DNA from: Laetmonice hystrix
Lineage: Eukaryota
Length of the DNA stretch: 64,000 nt
Reading direction: 5' to 3'
NCBI GenBank assembly: GCA_965235115.1
Contig: OZ249436.1
Location: 64,108,001-64,172,000 of the forward strand
The notes below the pieces were generated by a model. That model saw only the letters and a program-made list of their open reading frames with translations. It searched no databases and was not told the origin of the DNA. This document shows positions 1 to 12,069 of this stretch, one piece after another. Position 1 is the first letter of the stretch, and every line of letters begins with the position of its first letter. Made by a program: the position numbers and the translations under genes.

Positions 1-110
1 TAGACGTAAAGACCCCAGGGTTGAGTTCCACGTAGCGTTCGGCAAAACACTCCATCATTCTGTCGATCTTCTGGGCCTCCCCAGGTAAACGGAAACTCCA
101 CAAGAACTGC
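1..110 (-). CDS. CYTH: Cytohesin Sec7 exon with catalytic glutamic finger (truncated by window edge)
   Basis: Acceptor ttgcag at 111+; phase-2 start; (R)[36 protein letters not shown]. Confidence 0.98.
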
Positions 111-353
111 CTGCAACCCAACACACATCAGTGGAACTATTCTAAGTAACACCCGAATCATTATCTGTAAAACACTTAGCTCTCCACCCTTTTTATATTC
201 ATCATATGCACCGACTGCTGAAACCTTTTACTTGTCTATAATTTTAAAGGTTTCTGACTCACATTCTTACAATAATGTAGTAGATTTCCTGAAAATCACC
301 CAACAAGTTGCCTTTTCCCTTCTACCGAACAGACCCGTTACCAAACCGCTAAC

Positions 354-434
354 CTGAGTGCCTGGACCAGGATCATGTCTGAGAACTCATGCAGGTTCAC
401 AAATGCCTTGAGCACCTTCATGTTGAAGTCATTC
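354..434 (-). CDS. CYTH: Cytohesin Sec7 exon (81 nt)
   Basis: tttttgttgcag acceptor, CAG/gttagc donor; (R)NDFNMKVLKAFVNLHEFSDMILVQAL(R); phase 2 to 2. Confidence 0.97.
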
Positions 435-694
435 CTGCAACAAAAACATCAACTTGTCACTTACCATACATCCATGAAAAATTACCATCTTTCCCCTATT
501 TTTGGGGTCAAACATCTTACTAACCAAATACAGGGTGTCTCAAAAATGACTTTCTTCTGATTTTGTATAACTAACAAATGGGAAATGTGTATAAATGTAG
601 TTTTGTGGGGCATTCTGTAAACATGTACACCATGTATAAAAATCTAAAGAGCTGAAAGTTCTGACTGGAGCAGGTTATCGAATTCAACTGTTAC

Positions 695-813
695 CTTTCT
701 CCCAGGTAATCTCCAATGGCTGTTTTGTTAAGGCCTTCTCCGTTGTAGAGGAACTGAGCAACGTCTTCGGGCGTGTTCTGAAGAAGTCCATGTTCGATGA
801 GGTACTCGATGCC
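695..813 (-). CDS. CYTH: Cytohesin Sec7 exon (119 nt)
   Basis: atgtttcag acceptor, AAG/gtaaca donor; [39 protein letters not shown](R); phase 0 to 2. Confidence 0.98.
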
Positions 814-1256
814 CTGAAACATAAGCAACCCTTGTAAGTCATCACTTTTGCCAAAGACGCAAAGTATAATACTGACATTTCTAGACTGGCACGTTCTTTC
901 CAGTGATCTCTGCTTGTACAGCCTGTAACGGGAGACAGTGAAAGAAATCATGCACATATTTATTTTGTAATCTTCCTTGACCTAAACACCTAGAAGTTGA
1001 GACGGTGAGTGCCTTGATGATGTAGTGACCCATGTAACGACTACAGGTGTAATTTAATTCCACTTAACCAAGCCCCCTGTCGGCCCTCCGGTTCTACAGG
1101 CTGTGTGGACACACATGCACCGTATCGTTTTTATTACAAGACAGAGTAGCTCCAACTATGCAGACAGTCCCTCGTCAGGGTGAGTGTAGCTGTCATTTCC
1201 TTCTCGAATCTTTCATGTCATGTCTGTAACTAGTCGTACTTGCTGGCCCGAGCTGG

Positions 1257-1336
1257 CCCCCGCTCCCTACCCCCACCCCTACCCCTACCCCCTACCCCCA
1301 CCCCTACCCCCTACCCCCTACCCCCACCCCCAACCC
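1257..1336. repeat. C-rich simple repeat (ccctacc/cccccac units); G-quadruplex-capable on minus strand
   Basis: Seen directly: repeated runs of 3-5 C separated by ta or a. Confidence 0.85.
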
Positions 1337-4300
1337 ACTCTCGCTCTGTAAATTTCACGATGAGATGTCAGCTATGATTAACCCGAACGCCGGAGACACG
1401 GTTCCCGACATGCAGCGCGCACCACCTGGTTTCTGCCACACGGGGGCAGCACGTGCCTCCCCGCAGTGTGGGAGGTCAAAGGATGAGTGTAGGGTGGCTA
1501 ACATTCTCAAACAGGTCTACACACATGACGAAATGGGGTGCTACAGCAGGGTTAAGTATGGGAATCCATCACTAGCTCTTCCTTTGTCCCGAGCGGCGCT
1601 CGTCGGAGCCGTACATCACTAACACACACTTTTCTTATTAACTTAACCTACCGTTTGATGTCTGAAATTCCTAACTTCTGACTTTCCTCTAAAACAGAGC
1701 AACATTGACACAACCTTCAATACTTGACGAGATTCTGCTGTGATACTTGACCAAAATATGTTAAAATATTTCCATATAATATTTATTTGACAACATTCAC
1801 GAAGCCACGATTTCCATTGAAATGGTGCCGACGACGACACATAACCACAGAGCCGGTTCTATCAGTAGTTTCTGCAGTAGTGCACCGATTTCGTCATGTT
1901 GTTTCAGGCGTCACCCCGACGTTTAAAGCGTGCCGGGTAACCCACATGGTACCAACATGGCTTCAATCCCTAGTGTTTACAGACTGAAGCCAAGCCTCAC
2001 ATTTACAAGTCTCTAATGGACTGAACCTCCCCCAGAGCGTGCCACGACTAGGCCTCCTCTTGACACTCTTCCAAACAACCCCAGATTGTTGCTATTTCAG
2101 ATTTAGATCACATGGGTGAATTCAGAGATTTTAAAGGCAATAATAAAATTATTTTCTACGGAATCCCTTGAAATTTTCTATGTTAAATATTACTTTTCTT
2201 ACATCGGTATCGAAAATCAATTTAATTCTTTTCATACTTTAACACCCAAAATTGGTCAAATGTACAAGACATATAATCCCAAAATATAGGAATCTAAAAA
2301 ATTCTCCTGATATATCACGGAATGGCGTAATACATATGCATGCTCACGGTCTTTACTATACTTCAATCTTTAGAATTAACCCTGGATTTCATTAAGCGTT
2401 CAGTTTTTCCGGACCATACTGTAGTTACATTTCTAGGCAGTGGAGTCACTCTATGCGCCTAATCAACCGTACCCGACCATATGGTATTGGACGGCCTTCA
2501 TACCCCCTGTATACGGCGCAGCAACATTTCACATGCTCTATTGTACTCCAGCATACTCCCCTGAGTCATCGTTCCTGTGGCTGTGCGACCTCAACTGGCA
2601 GCAACCAAAGTCCCGCCAGTACATTTGACTGATGAAGACAAGCAACAAAAGCCTGATGGGGCTCATTCAACTGCTTTATGTGTACGATCTACATCACGGT
2701 CATAAATCTGATTTCACTAGTCGCCGCAGGGGCTGACAAGATAGCGCATCGCTCAGCTCCACAGAAAGCATTTATTATACGGACTTTAATAGCCACCGAC
2801 ATGTATCTGACTGAATTATATTGTATGAGATGGAGATCTAAAGTGTGAACACGTGGCTCTGAATCAGTACCTGACCCCCCCCCCCCCTGCCACCACACCC
2901 ATACACTGGTCCACCGGCCACCAAAGTGTGGATCACCACCACCTAAAACTAACAGGGCAGTACGGTCAGTTTATAGCAACCCCTCAGGTCGTCTACCATC
3001 ACTAACTAAATCGTCAGGTGCGGACCTGGGGGGGGGGGGGTCTGCTCTTCTACACTGACTTTGTGTGTGTTTTTAACAGCTGTCAATCCCCTCCCTTGGG
3101 AAATCCAAAGGAGACCAACTCCAGAAAATGTCCTTCCCAAAGGATTCTCTAACCGTAACTCTAACTCCCCTAAGACCCCGCGTAATCTCTACAACATCCT
3201 GTACTGATTGATAATTTCAATGCATGACAATTAAGTCACTTCTCTGTCCCTGTATACATGTAAATAACCCGTCAACACATTCCCCAGCAATCAGTTGAAA
3301 ACACACTTCCTCAGACGCTAAAACAAACAGGGACCTGAAATATGAGAATATCAACGTCTGGTTCCTATCACTGTCCGGTCACGCTGTTCTTTGATTACAG
3401 TAATTAATTCATTAGCACAGATTTGGATGGGTGTTTAGGTGCGGTCACTTGGCGCTGTCCCCCGGCCGGGTTGTGGTATCTGTAATGACCATACATCCTC
3501 CCCACTGACCACTCACTGACCGATGGGCAGTGACAGGAACTTCCCGACCCCCTGCTGCAGTGACCAGTCCCTGTCAACCCACTCGCTACCTCAGGTCATG
3601 ATAACAGCTGAGCCCAGCACTAATGACGGCTCAACTAACGCTACGGTTCCCAGCCCAATTTGCCACTATCTTTACTCTCCACTTGATTCTCACTTAATCC
3701 TTATTAAAGTTCCGGGAGTGGAGGCAGCGTGCCTGATTACAATCACATTTTGTGGTTTCCGAAGGTTTCATTTCTTGAAACCTTGATCACTTCTTGAAAC
3801 CGTCAAAGAAATAATATCTACAGGAAACTCCTGCAAGCAACTAGTATTTGCATTTTGGTGACAGTAATGAAATGAATCCATTCTCGATCTGCATCTCCCC
3901 AAAGTCTGTGCACGAAAATAGAAGACGGTGAATTGGCATTCTACAGTTCCCAGCCATGCTTATTCCTGTTGTAAAAATTAGGTGGATACATTTGTATTTC
4001 CTGCGGAACTTGTTGAAAAAGACCAAGTGTTGGTCGTGACGTTTGCCATTTGTGCTCTTCCGTCAGCGCCGGACCCCTGCCGATACAGACGACAGTGGGG
4101 AGAGAAAACATGTCTTCCACTGTAATGTGGCGCTGTATTCTGTGAGCAGTGTAAAGGTCGGTGACGGGTTGAGCTGTCGTCGCCTCTCGTCCCCTGTCAC
4201 GACAACCTTAGCCAGGACAACATCCGTTTCCACACACACACACATCTTCAAACTCCTCCCTTCCTCACCATTACTGCCACATTTCAATCTGCCTTCTTTG

Positions 4301-4541
4301 TAACCAGTAAATGTTTAAAAAAACATCAGCTGTGGAGGTTTGCCTGGTATATTACTGTCTTTACTAAAATCACTCCCAATACAGAGTATAAACTCTAGAT
4401 AATATCATACTGGTCGTCATGCTTGCAATTAACACAAGAAACCGTAAGAGGTCACAACAAGCCGGGTACTATTGTGAGACAGGCCAAAACAGGCCAACAC
4501 AGATATCTGGACACCATGCTATGATGAGGTGGTGAACTTAC

Positions 4542-4605
4542 CTTCTTGGGGTCCATGTTGAACTTCTTCCTCCCGATAGACATCTGCTTCGTCTTCGGGT
4601 TGTTC
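4542..4605 (-). CDS. CYTH: Cytohesin first Sec7 exon (64 nt); common acceptor for upstream variable exons
   Basis: tcttgtgtttttcag acceptor, AAG/gtaagt donor; (x)NNPKTKQMSIGRKKFNMDPKK; phase 2 to 0, joins 695-813. Confidence 0.96.
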
Positions 4606-4692
4606 CTGAAAAACACAAGATGACCGGCGAATTAGAAACATAACTCAATCAGACACTGAGGCTGTGGTGAAAATACGCCAGTACAATCTTAC

Positions 4693-4721
4693 CTGTCCAA
4701 ACTGATTCTACATTTCTGCAT
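4693..4721 (-). CDS. Candidate short exon: ATG-initiated MQKCRISLD(R), or 23-nt phase 0-to-2 microexon 4693-4715 (KCRISLD(R))
   Basis: Strong donor CAG/gtaaga, phase 2; ATG at 4721; cag acceptor just before 4715. Short, so chance is not excluded. Confidence 0.35.
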
Positions 4722-5606
4722 ATAGTCCGGAAACAATGTGGGCCCTGACGATGAAGGTCATGCCGACGGTAAAACATAAAGTGTTCCCCATCAGTATCCA
4801 AACATAACTGACCCATGTCAAGGGGTTTCATCACATTGTAGGTGAACCAAAACAAACCCACGCCTACAAACCTGACCTAATTATGGGTGTTGTAAATGAC
4901 TCACTTCACGGTCTACTACAAAATTCCCAAGTTGGGAGATATGGGATGCCTGTGATTTTCTGTAACTACTAAATTGGACTTCTTAGAAATTCTCGAAACG
5001 CCGAATATCAACACAACCACATATAATGATGCGAAGTAAAAATGTACTGAATACATTAAGGAAGTCCTGAAAATTAAATCCTGTGATACCATTTTAACTA
5101 CTCCCCCCCCCCCTCCGCCCCATCCTTTCATCCCCTATGTAAAGACTTCACATCGTCCTTTGAAGATTTGAAGATGGTGAGTACAAAATGACCCCCTTTA
5201 CTCTAAGTCCTTTTGCGAGCTTTGTTGGAACTGGTGAACAATGGGTTGGTGGGTCGGGGGTCAGTCAACAAGGTCCACGGCCAGCAGAATGACTGCCACA
5301 CCTGTGGACGTCACATTATACAACACCTGCACACAACCGACCACAATTAGGCCTCCTTTATCTCCACAGCTACCTGACGGGGCCACCGACTGTGGGGGAT
5401 GGGGGGGGGAGGACTTCACTGACCCACAACGACTACTTCAGAATCCTTCATACACCAAGTGGTCAAGCCTAGATCCGGGATGGCCAGCCCAGTCACTGAC
5501 CCCGACCAGAAACCACCTGGTCGTTATTGACCACTTAACAAATGAGGTCATTACTGCGCTTTTGTGACGGAGGAATTTCAGGATTTTTCCAGGCGGATGT
5601 ACTCAC

Positions 5607-5788
5607 TTTGATCTCACTACGATAACCCTCTTTGCAAACATTCTCTGTCAATTTGTCTAACCTCATATGGTCATCCCATTCTTTCAAACCTAACATCCAA
5701 TCGAAATGTTGGCACCGAGTAGGTACTTTCCCTTCAAAATCCAATTCATCATCCACCTGGCATTTAATCTTGTTCATTACCGCTGGGT
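5607..5788 (-). CDS. CYTH: Second exon of hydrophobic alternative N-terminal module of cytohesin
   Basis: tgtag acceptor (weak), phase-1 start; (N)PAVMNKIKCQVDDELDFEGKVPTRCQHFDWMLGLKEWDDHMRLDKLTENVCKEGYRSEIK; strong AAA/gtgagt donor (phase 0) at 5607; second donor GAG/gttaga (phase 2) at 5662. The ELDFEG-x-x-PT-x-x-QH-x-x-W motif matches my recollection of insect steppke long isoforms (unverified). Confidence 0.7.
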
Positions 5789-6529
5789 CTACAGATCACT
5801 CTGCACAGAGCTCCAGTCTACCACGAACCAACAACATTTAACACTCCTGGCTGGCTGACCTCAGCTTGTGGTCAGCTGAATACCACCAGATCCGTGGTGT
5901 CCCCTTTGTCCAGTATTATACACAACTCATCCCATTAACCTACAGGTAACACTAATCAATAAACATTGCCAGGGGTCACTGGCCACAACGTCTCACAAAT
6001 AACCATCTAACTATTTCCCACGAGGTCTCCGTCATCATTGTGAGCCCTGGTTGAACTGAACCGGCTGACCCCACGGCCTGTTGGACCTGTCGACCCCCCC
6101 CCCCCACCCCCCACCCTCCCTATCGTCACCTCCTCAGATTTATATAGATATATCGTCAGGTTTGGACAATCATGTGTTTTCAATTCAACATTGTTGCCCT
6201 GGAATGTTTCAATAAAATATCAGCCCTTCTCCTGTTTCACCTTAGGGGGGCAATGGGCAGTTTAAGTTTTAAGGAATCGGATACATCTTAAGTTATAACA
6301 CTTGCGATTAGCTAAACGGCTTTCATTCGACGCTAATATCAGGTCTATAAATATGAATACATTAGGTTTTATTTAATGACAATCCGAATATACTTTCTGA
6401 CAACCTCTTCTGTCATTCTCTATTTAAAGTGATACAGTAATACGAATATTTCACAATCCGACCAGAATATATTTGACACCAAGCTGTTCCGATGAACACG
6501 GTCTGCTGTAAGAAAAACTAAATCCTTAC

Positions 6530-6623
6530 TCCCTAAACGATACACCAAGTATAGAAGTACTATTGCGGCTTGATGTATGAAGGTTTGGACCTCGCCGCTG
6601 CTGCTGCCCCAGGTCGTCATTAT
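6530..6623 (-). CDS. CYTH: First exon of hydrophobic alternative N-terminal module (ATG at 6620)
   Basis: Acceptor gtttgttgttgttgtctgggttcaccag, donor GGA/gtaagg; (I)MTTWGSSSGEVQTFIHQAAIVLLYLVYRLG, phase-1 end. A+AC gives N and joins 5788 in frame (RLGN). Confidence 0.68.
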
Positions 6624-7187
6624 CTGGTGAACCCAGACAACAACAACAAACATACTGTCACCCTGCCACCCGGGTCTTGCGGCCACCCGCACCCTCCGTG
6701 TCCCGAACTGCTAACAAACCTGACAGGCCACTTTAAACATGAGCCCCTTCATGTCCGTCAATAATACCTCTCACACGTCAGACTGACGGACGTAATGGCA
6801 GATTGCTGTCACGGGCTGGGTCGTGGTGGGGGTACGGGGCGGGGGTGGGGTGGGTGGGTTCCTGTTTATTGACAGGCTGATCCCAGAGGATCCTCACGTG
6901 TTGACCCTCTACCGGGAAAGATGGGATCATTGGTCCTTTTCCCCTCTCTCACTTTCGCCTCTCTCTCTCTCTATCGGCCCTGTCATCTGGCCCGATGATG
7001 ATGCCATCATCTTGATGTCACCACAGAGTCTATATAGACTCTAAGATGTCACCAAAGGAGATATCAAGTTGATACCATGCATCTCGATTATCTCCTCTGG
7101 TGGCTGACCTTCTACCAACACCGCTTTCAGACAACTCCTCCCTCCCCTATATCCAATCATCACCCCTCGTTCCCACCCACTCCTACA

Positions 7188-7735
7188 CTCATGGCCAACT
7201 ACAAGCTGCTGACCTGTCATTCTCACCTCTAACTCCTGTCCACTCAGTACATATTCTGCCCCATCATGTAGAGACTTAGACTCATGGCCAACTACAAGCT
7301 GCTGACCTGTCATTCTCACCTCTAACTCCTGTCCACTCAGTACATATTCTGCCCCATCATGTAGAGACTTAGACTCATGGCCAACTACAAGCTGCTGACC
7401 TGTCATTCTCACCTCTAACTCCTGTCCACTCAGTACATATTCTGCCCCATCATGTAGAGACTTAGACTCATGGCCAACTACAAGCTGCTGACCTGTCATT
7501 CTCACCTCTAACTCCTGTCCACTCAGTACATATTCTGCCCCATCATGTAGAGACTTACACCCATGGCCAACTACAAGCTGCTGACCTGTCATTCTCACCT
7601 CTAACTCCTGTCCACTCAGTACATATTCTGCCCCATCATGTAGAGACTTAGACTCATGGCCAACTACAAGCTGCTGACCTGTCATTCTCACCTCGAGCTC
7701 CTGTCCACTCAGTACACATTCTGCCCCATCACGTT
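7188..7735. repeat. Minisatellite, 93-bp unit, about 5.9 near-identical copies
   Basis: ctcatggccaactacaagctgctgacctgtcattctc... recurs at 7188, 7281, 7374, 7467, 7560 and 7653; accounts for the 31-aa periodic ORF 7041-7691. Confidence 0.97.
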
Positions 7736-7798
7736 GAGTACCTACCCCTCATCCTTAGTTATATACTACTCCGATATAGGCCTATATTAGACACTTAC

Positions 7799-7884
7799 CC
7801 TCCTCCTGGAGGTCGTGACGGGGTAGGGGTCGTACCCCGGACACTGTCCACTCTGTGGACGGACAGCAGGACCGGCGTATCCAT
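7799..7884 (-). CDS. Candidate alternative first coding exon MDTPVLLSVHRVDSVRGTTPTPSRPPGG(G)
   Basis: ATG at 7884, open to consensus donor AGG/gtaagt in phase 2; GC-rich surroundings. Confidence 0.4.
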
Positions 7885-7943
7885 GACAACCACACCGGGT
7901 CCTGACTACTCAGTCCATGATCCGCGAAAACTCTCAGCATCCC

Positions 7944-8215
7944 ACCACCAACATCCGCCGACGTCACAACCCGCACGTAATGTATAATTGTACCACCAAC
8001 ATCCACCGTCGACACAACCCGCACGTAATGTATTGTACCACCAACATCCACCGTCGACACAACCCGCACGTAATGTATTGTACCACCAACATCCACCGTC
8101 AACACAACCTGTACGTAATGTATTGTACCACCAACATCCACCGTCAACACAACCTGTACGTAATGTATTGTACCACCAACATCCACCGTCAACACAACCT
8201 GTACGTAATGTATTA
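7944..8215. repeat. Minisatellite, 45-bp unit, about 6 copies
   Basis: caccaacatccaccgtc(g/a)acacaacc(cgc/tgt)acgtaatgtattgtac repeated; accounts for the 15-aa periodic ORFs in four frames. Confidence 0.96.
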
Positions 8216-8954
8216 TACAGCCACAATGGTGGAGAACTTCACGGTTCTATGGGAACTCCAATCATGCCCAGGTTTGTTCAGGTTGAATGAGACACAACAC
8301 AATGACACACTCCAACAGGATGTCTCCTATGTGCAGCGAAAGATCTCAGCTGATGGATCAGATGAACCCGATCACATGTACACTGTATACAATTGTACTC
8401 TCAACTGACGGTTATCGTTTCCGTGTCACTTCCTTGATTTTCATCAGGGCACTGCGTCTGGTTGCCGCCGCTGCCGCCGCTGCTGGTTGTACCACTGAGC
8501 AGTAGCACAGATTGAATGTCTGGTATCGCAGGTGTATTCAGCCAGCATCTGTTGCTGGTAGCAGCACCCACTGATACTGCCGTGATGATCACCACGCATC
8601 CCCTGCCGTCCTCACGCTGCCGTCGGCTGGAGGATGGAATGAGGACACACCGTGTACACACCCTGGAGGAGGGACGAGTTCCCCAGACTGCTAGTGAACA
8701 CCCACTCCTCCTGTCGGTCGTGTACGGACCCCGTCATATCTCACATTGTACAGCTTCATCCCACCACCAGCTCCTACGGCCTCACCCCGACACAATCCCA
8801 CGACCACGTACCGGACGTGGGAGAAAGCTGAGGATGATGATGATGATTGCGAGGATGATGACAAGACGTAATCCTACTGGCTCCACTGAGCGATCATTAA
8901 AAAGTCTCGACCAGTCGGCCAACCCGGCACGGTCTTATTACGTGTGGCCGTCAG

Positions 8955-8970
8955 GCCCGCCCGCCCGCCC
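8955..8970 (-). promoter_or_regulatory. Three overlapping GC boxes (GGGCGG), possible internal promoter element
   Basis: gggcgggcgggcgggc on the minus strand in a CpG-rich stretch about 1.1 kb upstream of the ATG at 7884. Confidence 0.3.
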
Positions 8971-9131
8971 GGTGGGATGATGAGCACGACGTGATGCTCC
9001 GCCCGTGCCAAGGTTGGCATGGCGGCATCAATACGCAAACATTAACTGGCTCCGAGTACGACCACAGAAACGGTCCTGGGCTCTCTCACTGACAATTCTC
9101 ACTCTCACGTACATCAAATCTTTAGGCAGAT

Positions 9132-9169
9132 CAACGAGACTAGACAGACCGGTCTGTCTAGTCTCGTTG
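9132..9169. repeat. Perfect 38-bp palindrome flanked by 7-bp direct repeat GGCAGAT
   Basis: caacgagactagacagacc/ggtctgtctagtctcgttg; ggcagat at 9125-9131 and 9170-9176. Confidence 0.9.
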
Positions 9170-12069
9170 GGCAGATACAAGCTTCGCTTCTAAAACACAC
9201 GGAGTCGCTTCACTCTTCCAAACGTCCCGTTGTTGGAGTAGAGGAAGTGGGTTGGGCGAGTCCATATGGTGTCAATACAATGGCAGCGTGATTAACTAGC
9301 TCATAGTATTACCAGCATGGAGTAAAGTGAGCGACATCACATATTATCATCGTAACAATTTTCCCAATGTAACTCAGGTAAAATCGCAGCTGTTTCCAGG
9401 CACTTTCCGTCGTGATATATTTGCAATAATTCCATGATGAAAACTTAATGCACATCTGAATCACATCACAACGGTATCAATTCCATTCCCACAGCTGGCC
9501 TTCTCATCCACCCCACAACAAAACTTTGAAAGGCTGGACGAAACGCCGTGATTGTGAGCGGCATATAAATCCGTGTTGACTGTTGTTGTCCCGTCAGGTG
9601 CTCCGGTCGGCCAGGGCCCACTAAATATTATTGTCGGACTACGGCAGCACCAAATGTGTGGGTTCGCAATATGTTGAAACCCAGCTGTCGGTTGTACACG
9701 ACGACGGGCACGGGGCGGGGGGGGGGGGGGGGGGGCTGAGGACAACATGTCACTGGTATTACCCCCACCGTCCAGGCCCCAACAACAACAAGTGCACCTC
9801 AACCTCCACGGCTGTCGCGCACACATTCATACGTCCCAAACTCTCCCTACTTGATTCGGCCCCACTTTGCCACCATTACCTCCACCACCACCATCCAGCA
9901 GAGCCACCACATTGAGCCACTTGCACCAGCTCTTCGCACCACCTGGGCTGACAGTCATCAATCACAATGCTCCCCCCTCACCACCACCATTCCCGTTTCC
10001 ACCACCTCCCCCTCCTCCAGACCGTCGGTCGACAGATGGTTTTCGACCTCTCCCGTGTCGGTTTGACTCCGTACCTAGATATGCGGCACTGCAATATACC
10101 TTACATATATAAGGGTCTTTTGGCACGACAGCCTCTCGGTGTCTGCCAATCACACCTCCCGTCACCCAAATCATCAAATCAACAAAGACGTCAGTATCGA
10201 CCGATCACAAACAAATTAATTTCTGTGCTCTTTTTTTCCACCCCACCCCAATTTTTCCTCGTTTTTTTGGGCCCAATATAGCCTACCACTGATTGGACGA
10301 TTCCTTGGTGGCTTTCCTGTCTAAAGAAGCTGCCACCAGGTATTGATTGCTTCCAGCTCCCGAGGCGGCCTTTCTCTCAAGGATTGCACGCCTCACGACC
10401 GTCATCTTCCTCCATTGATCTGTCCAATACGTGCAGGTGGTACACACAAACACATCAAGGTTATTAGTCCAGGTGTGGCTCCCACACTCATCCTTGACCA
10501 GGAGGGGTCAGTGCTTTTTCTCATACAATCTCCTTTAGTACCTCATGTCTTCCTTTGTATTCAAGGACCAGCGAGTCAGGAAATGATCATGATGGAGCCT
10601 AGCAAAATTCCGAAGCTTTTAATTTCCGGTCAATGTTTGGAATTTTTTTCCAGCTTAAAAGTTTCTTTTAGCATAAATTATATGTAATTAAAACATAAAC
10701 ATAATATTGACATACACGTATTCATGAACTGCATTTTATTTCCCCCTCTTAACTTTCCCCTTTTTCTGTTCATTTGTAGTTCAACGCTTTTCATCAAATT
10801 TCACGACTTTTTCCGGAACTGCGCAATTATTAATGAAAATCAAGACTTTTCCCGGGCGGAGTTCCACAATGTAACATCCGCGGACCTTTCCTGGACACCC
10901 GTAAACCCTGTAAATCCAGATTATACTTCTACTAAAGAGTGGATGTAAAAATACCATAGAATACTGTAACTTGGCACTGCGATGGTAACATGCCTGAAAT
11001 TGAAATAATTAATAAACTGATCCTTTAATGCAATTTCTATCGTTTGTTAATCCGCTTAAACTGGCTGTCATCGGCCTGGGATGTATCAAAGAACCACCAG
11101 ACTGAGGTAACACATAATCTACTGTTCAGACATTTTCTACCTGGATGTAATTCTCTGCTTCAGACTAAACACGGGGATTAGTTCTTATTTTGTATCATAA
11201 AGTTGGTACAAACTTGACTCCAGTGCCAGCCCCCTTTCTCCCTATTTTCCCATTAAAAATCTCAATCGATTGAAATCTGCTGGTGGACACAACAATTTGC
11301 GGAGCAATCACGAGCGCCAACCGACACCGTCCTTCATTAGACGTGCCCCTCGGGGGATGTAACCGATATTGGTGGTTGTCCGGCAGAGTTTGCTTCCAGT
11401 AGGACCCGACTATCGCCAACCACGCCATCCGAAACCTCCACATCGCCCACACATTACATCAACCAAACCCCACCTCGCCACTCGTGGTTCTTTTGATCTC
11501 AGAATAATTGGAGCCTTTACTGACAAGGCTGGGTTCTCAGTACACTACCTAAGTCTAGTTATTACGTCACGGGCAAAAAAATGTGGCACTTTCTACTGGC
11601 AACTTGCGAACTGCCTGGGTCTGTTCACAGAACACATGCCACGATCAACAAACCCTAGACGAGAATGGATCAAGTACAGATTTACACTCTCGCATGTTTG
11701 GGCTATTTGTGCCAGTCGCCGCCAATCTGACAACCGAGGTGGTGGCTATCGAGTTTTTGTTCAGTCTGATCCAGATTTAGTCACACCACTATTGAATAAT
11801 GCGGCACAGATATTGAATATTCTAGATATGACGGACCGACGGAAATGGTTAGAACCCTTCGAGGGCAATTCACTTGTACAATAATATATTTCGCTGCAGA
11901 CTATGGTGGGAAAAGATATGTCAGTATTGTCACTTCATAAGTACCTGACAATCCTTCGCCGGATACACATAGGCATATATATTTCAGGGACGGCGCGTCA
12001 CACAATTATTTAGACCTCCGTCTATACACCTAGACGGTGATTAATACATCGTACAGGTATGAAATGAAT

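Noticed and set aside
5535-5777. ORF initially resembling a CR1/L2 reverse-transcriptase tail (VDDELDFEG...WMLGL)
   Set aside because: It is bounded by splice sites that join in frame to the 6530-6623 exon, and there is no flanking RT sequence; an alternative host exon explains it better.
7188-8215. Regularly spaced repeats as a CRISPR array
   Set aside because: Head-to-tail units have no unique spacers, the context is a eukaryotic intron, and there are no cas genes.
7041-8408. Long periodic ORFs (216, 137, 106, 163 and 100 aa)
   Set aside because: They are products of the 93-bp and 45-bp tandem repeats, open in several frames at once, with no recognisable domain.
8790-8900. Minus-strand hydrophobic run RLVIILAIIIIILSFLP suggesting an innexin-like transmembrane helix
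   Set aside because: It derives from a (gat)n microsatellite; there is no ATG or good acceptor and no innexin cysteine pattern.
11369-11884. 171-aa plus-strand ORF
   Set aside because: No recognisable motif, no ATG start and no splice context.
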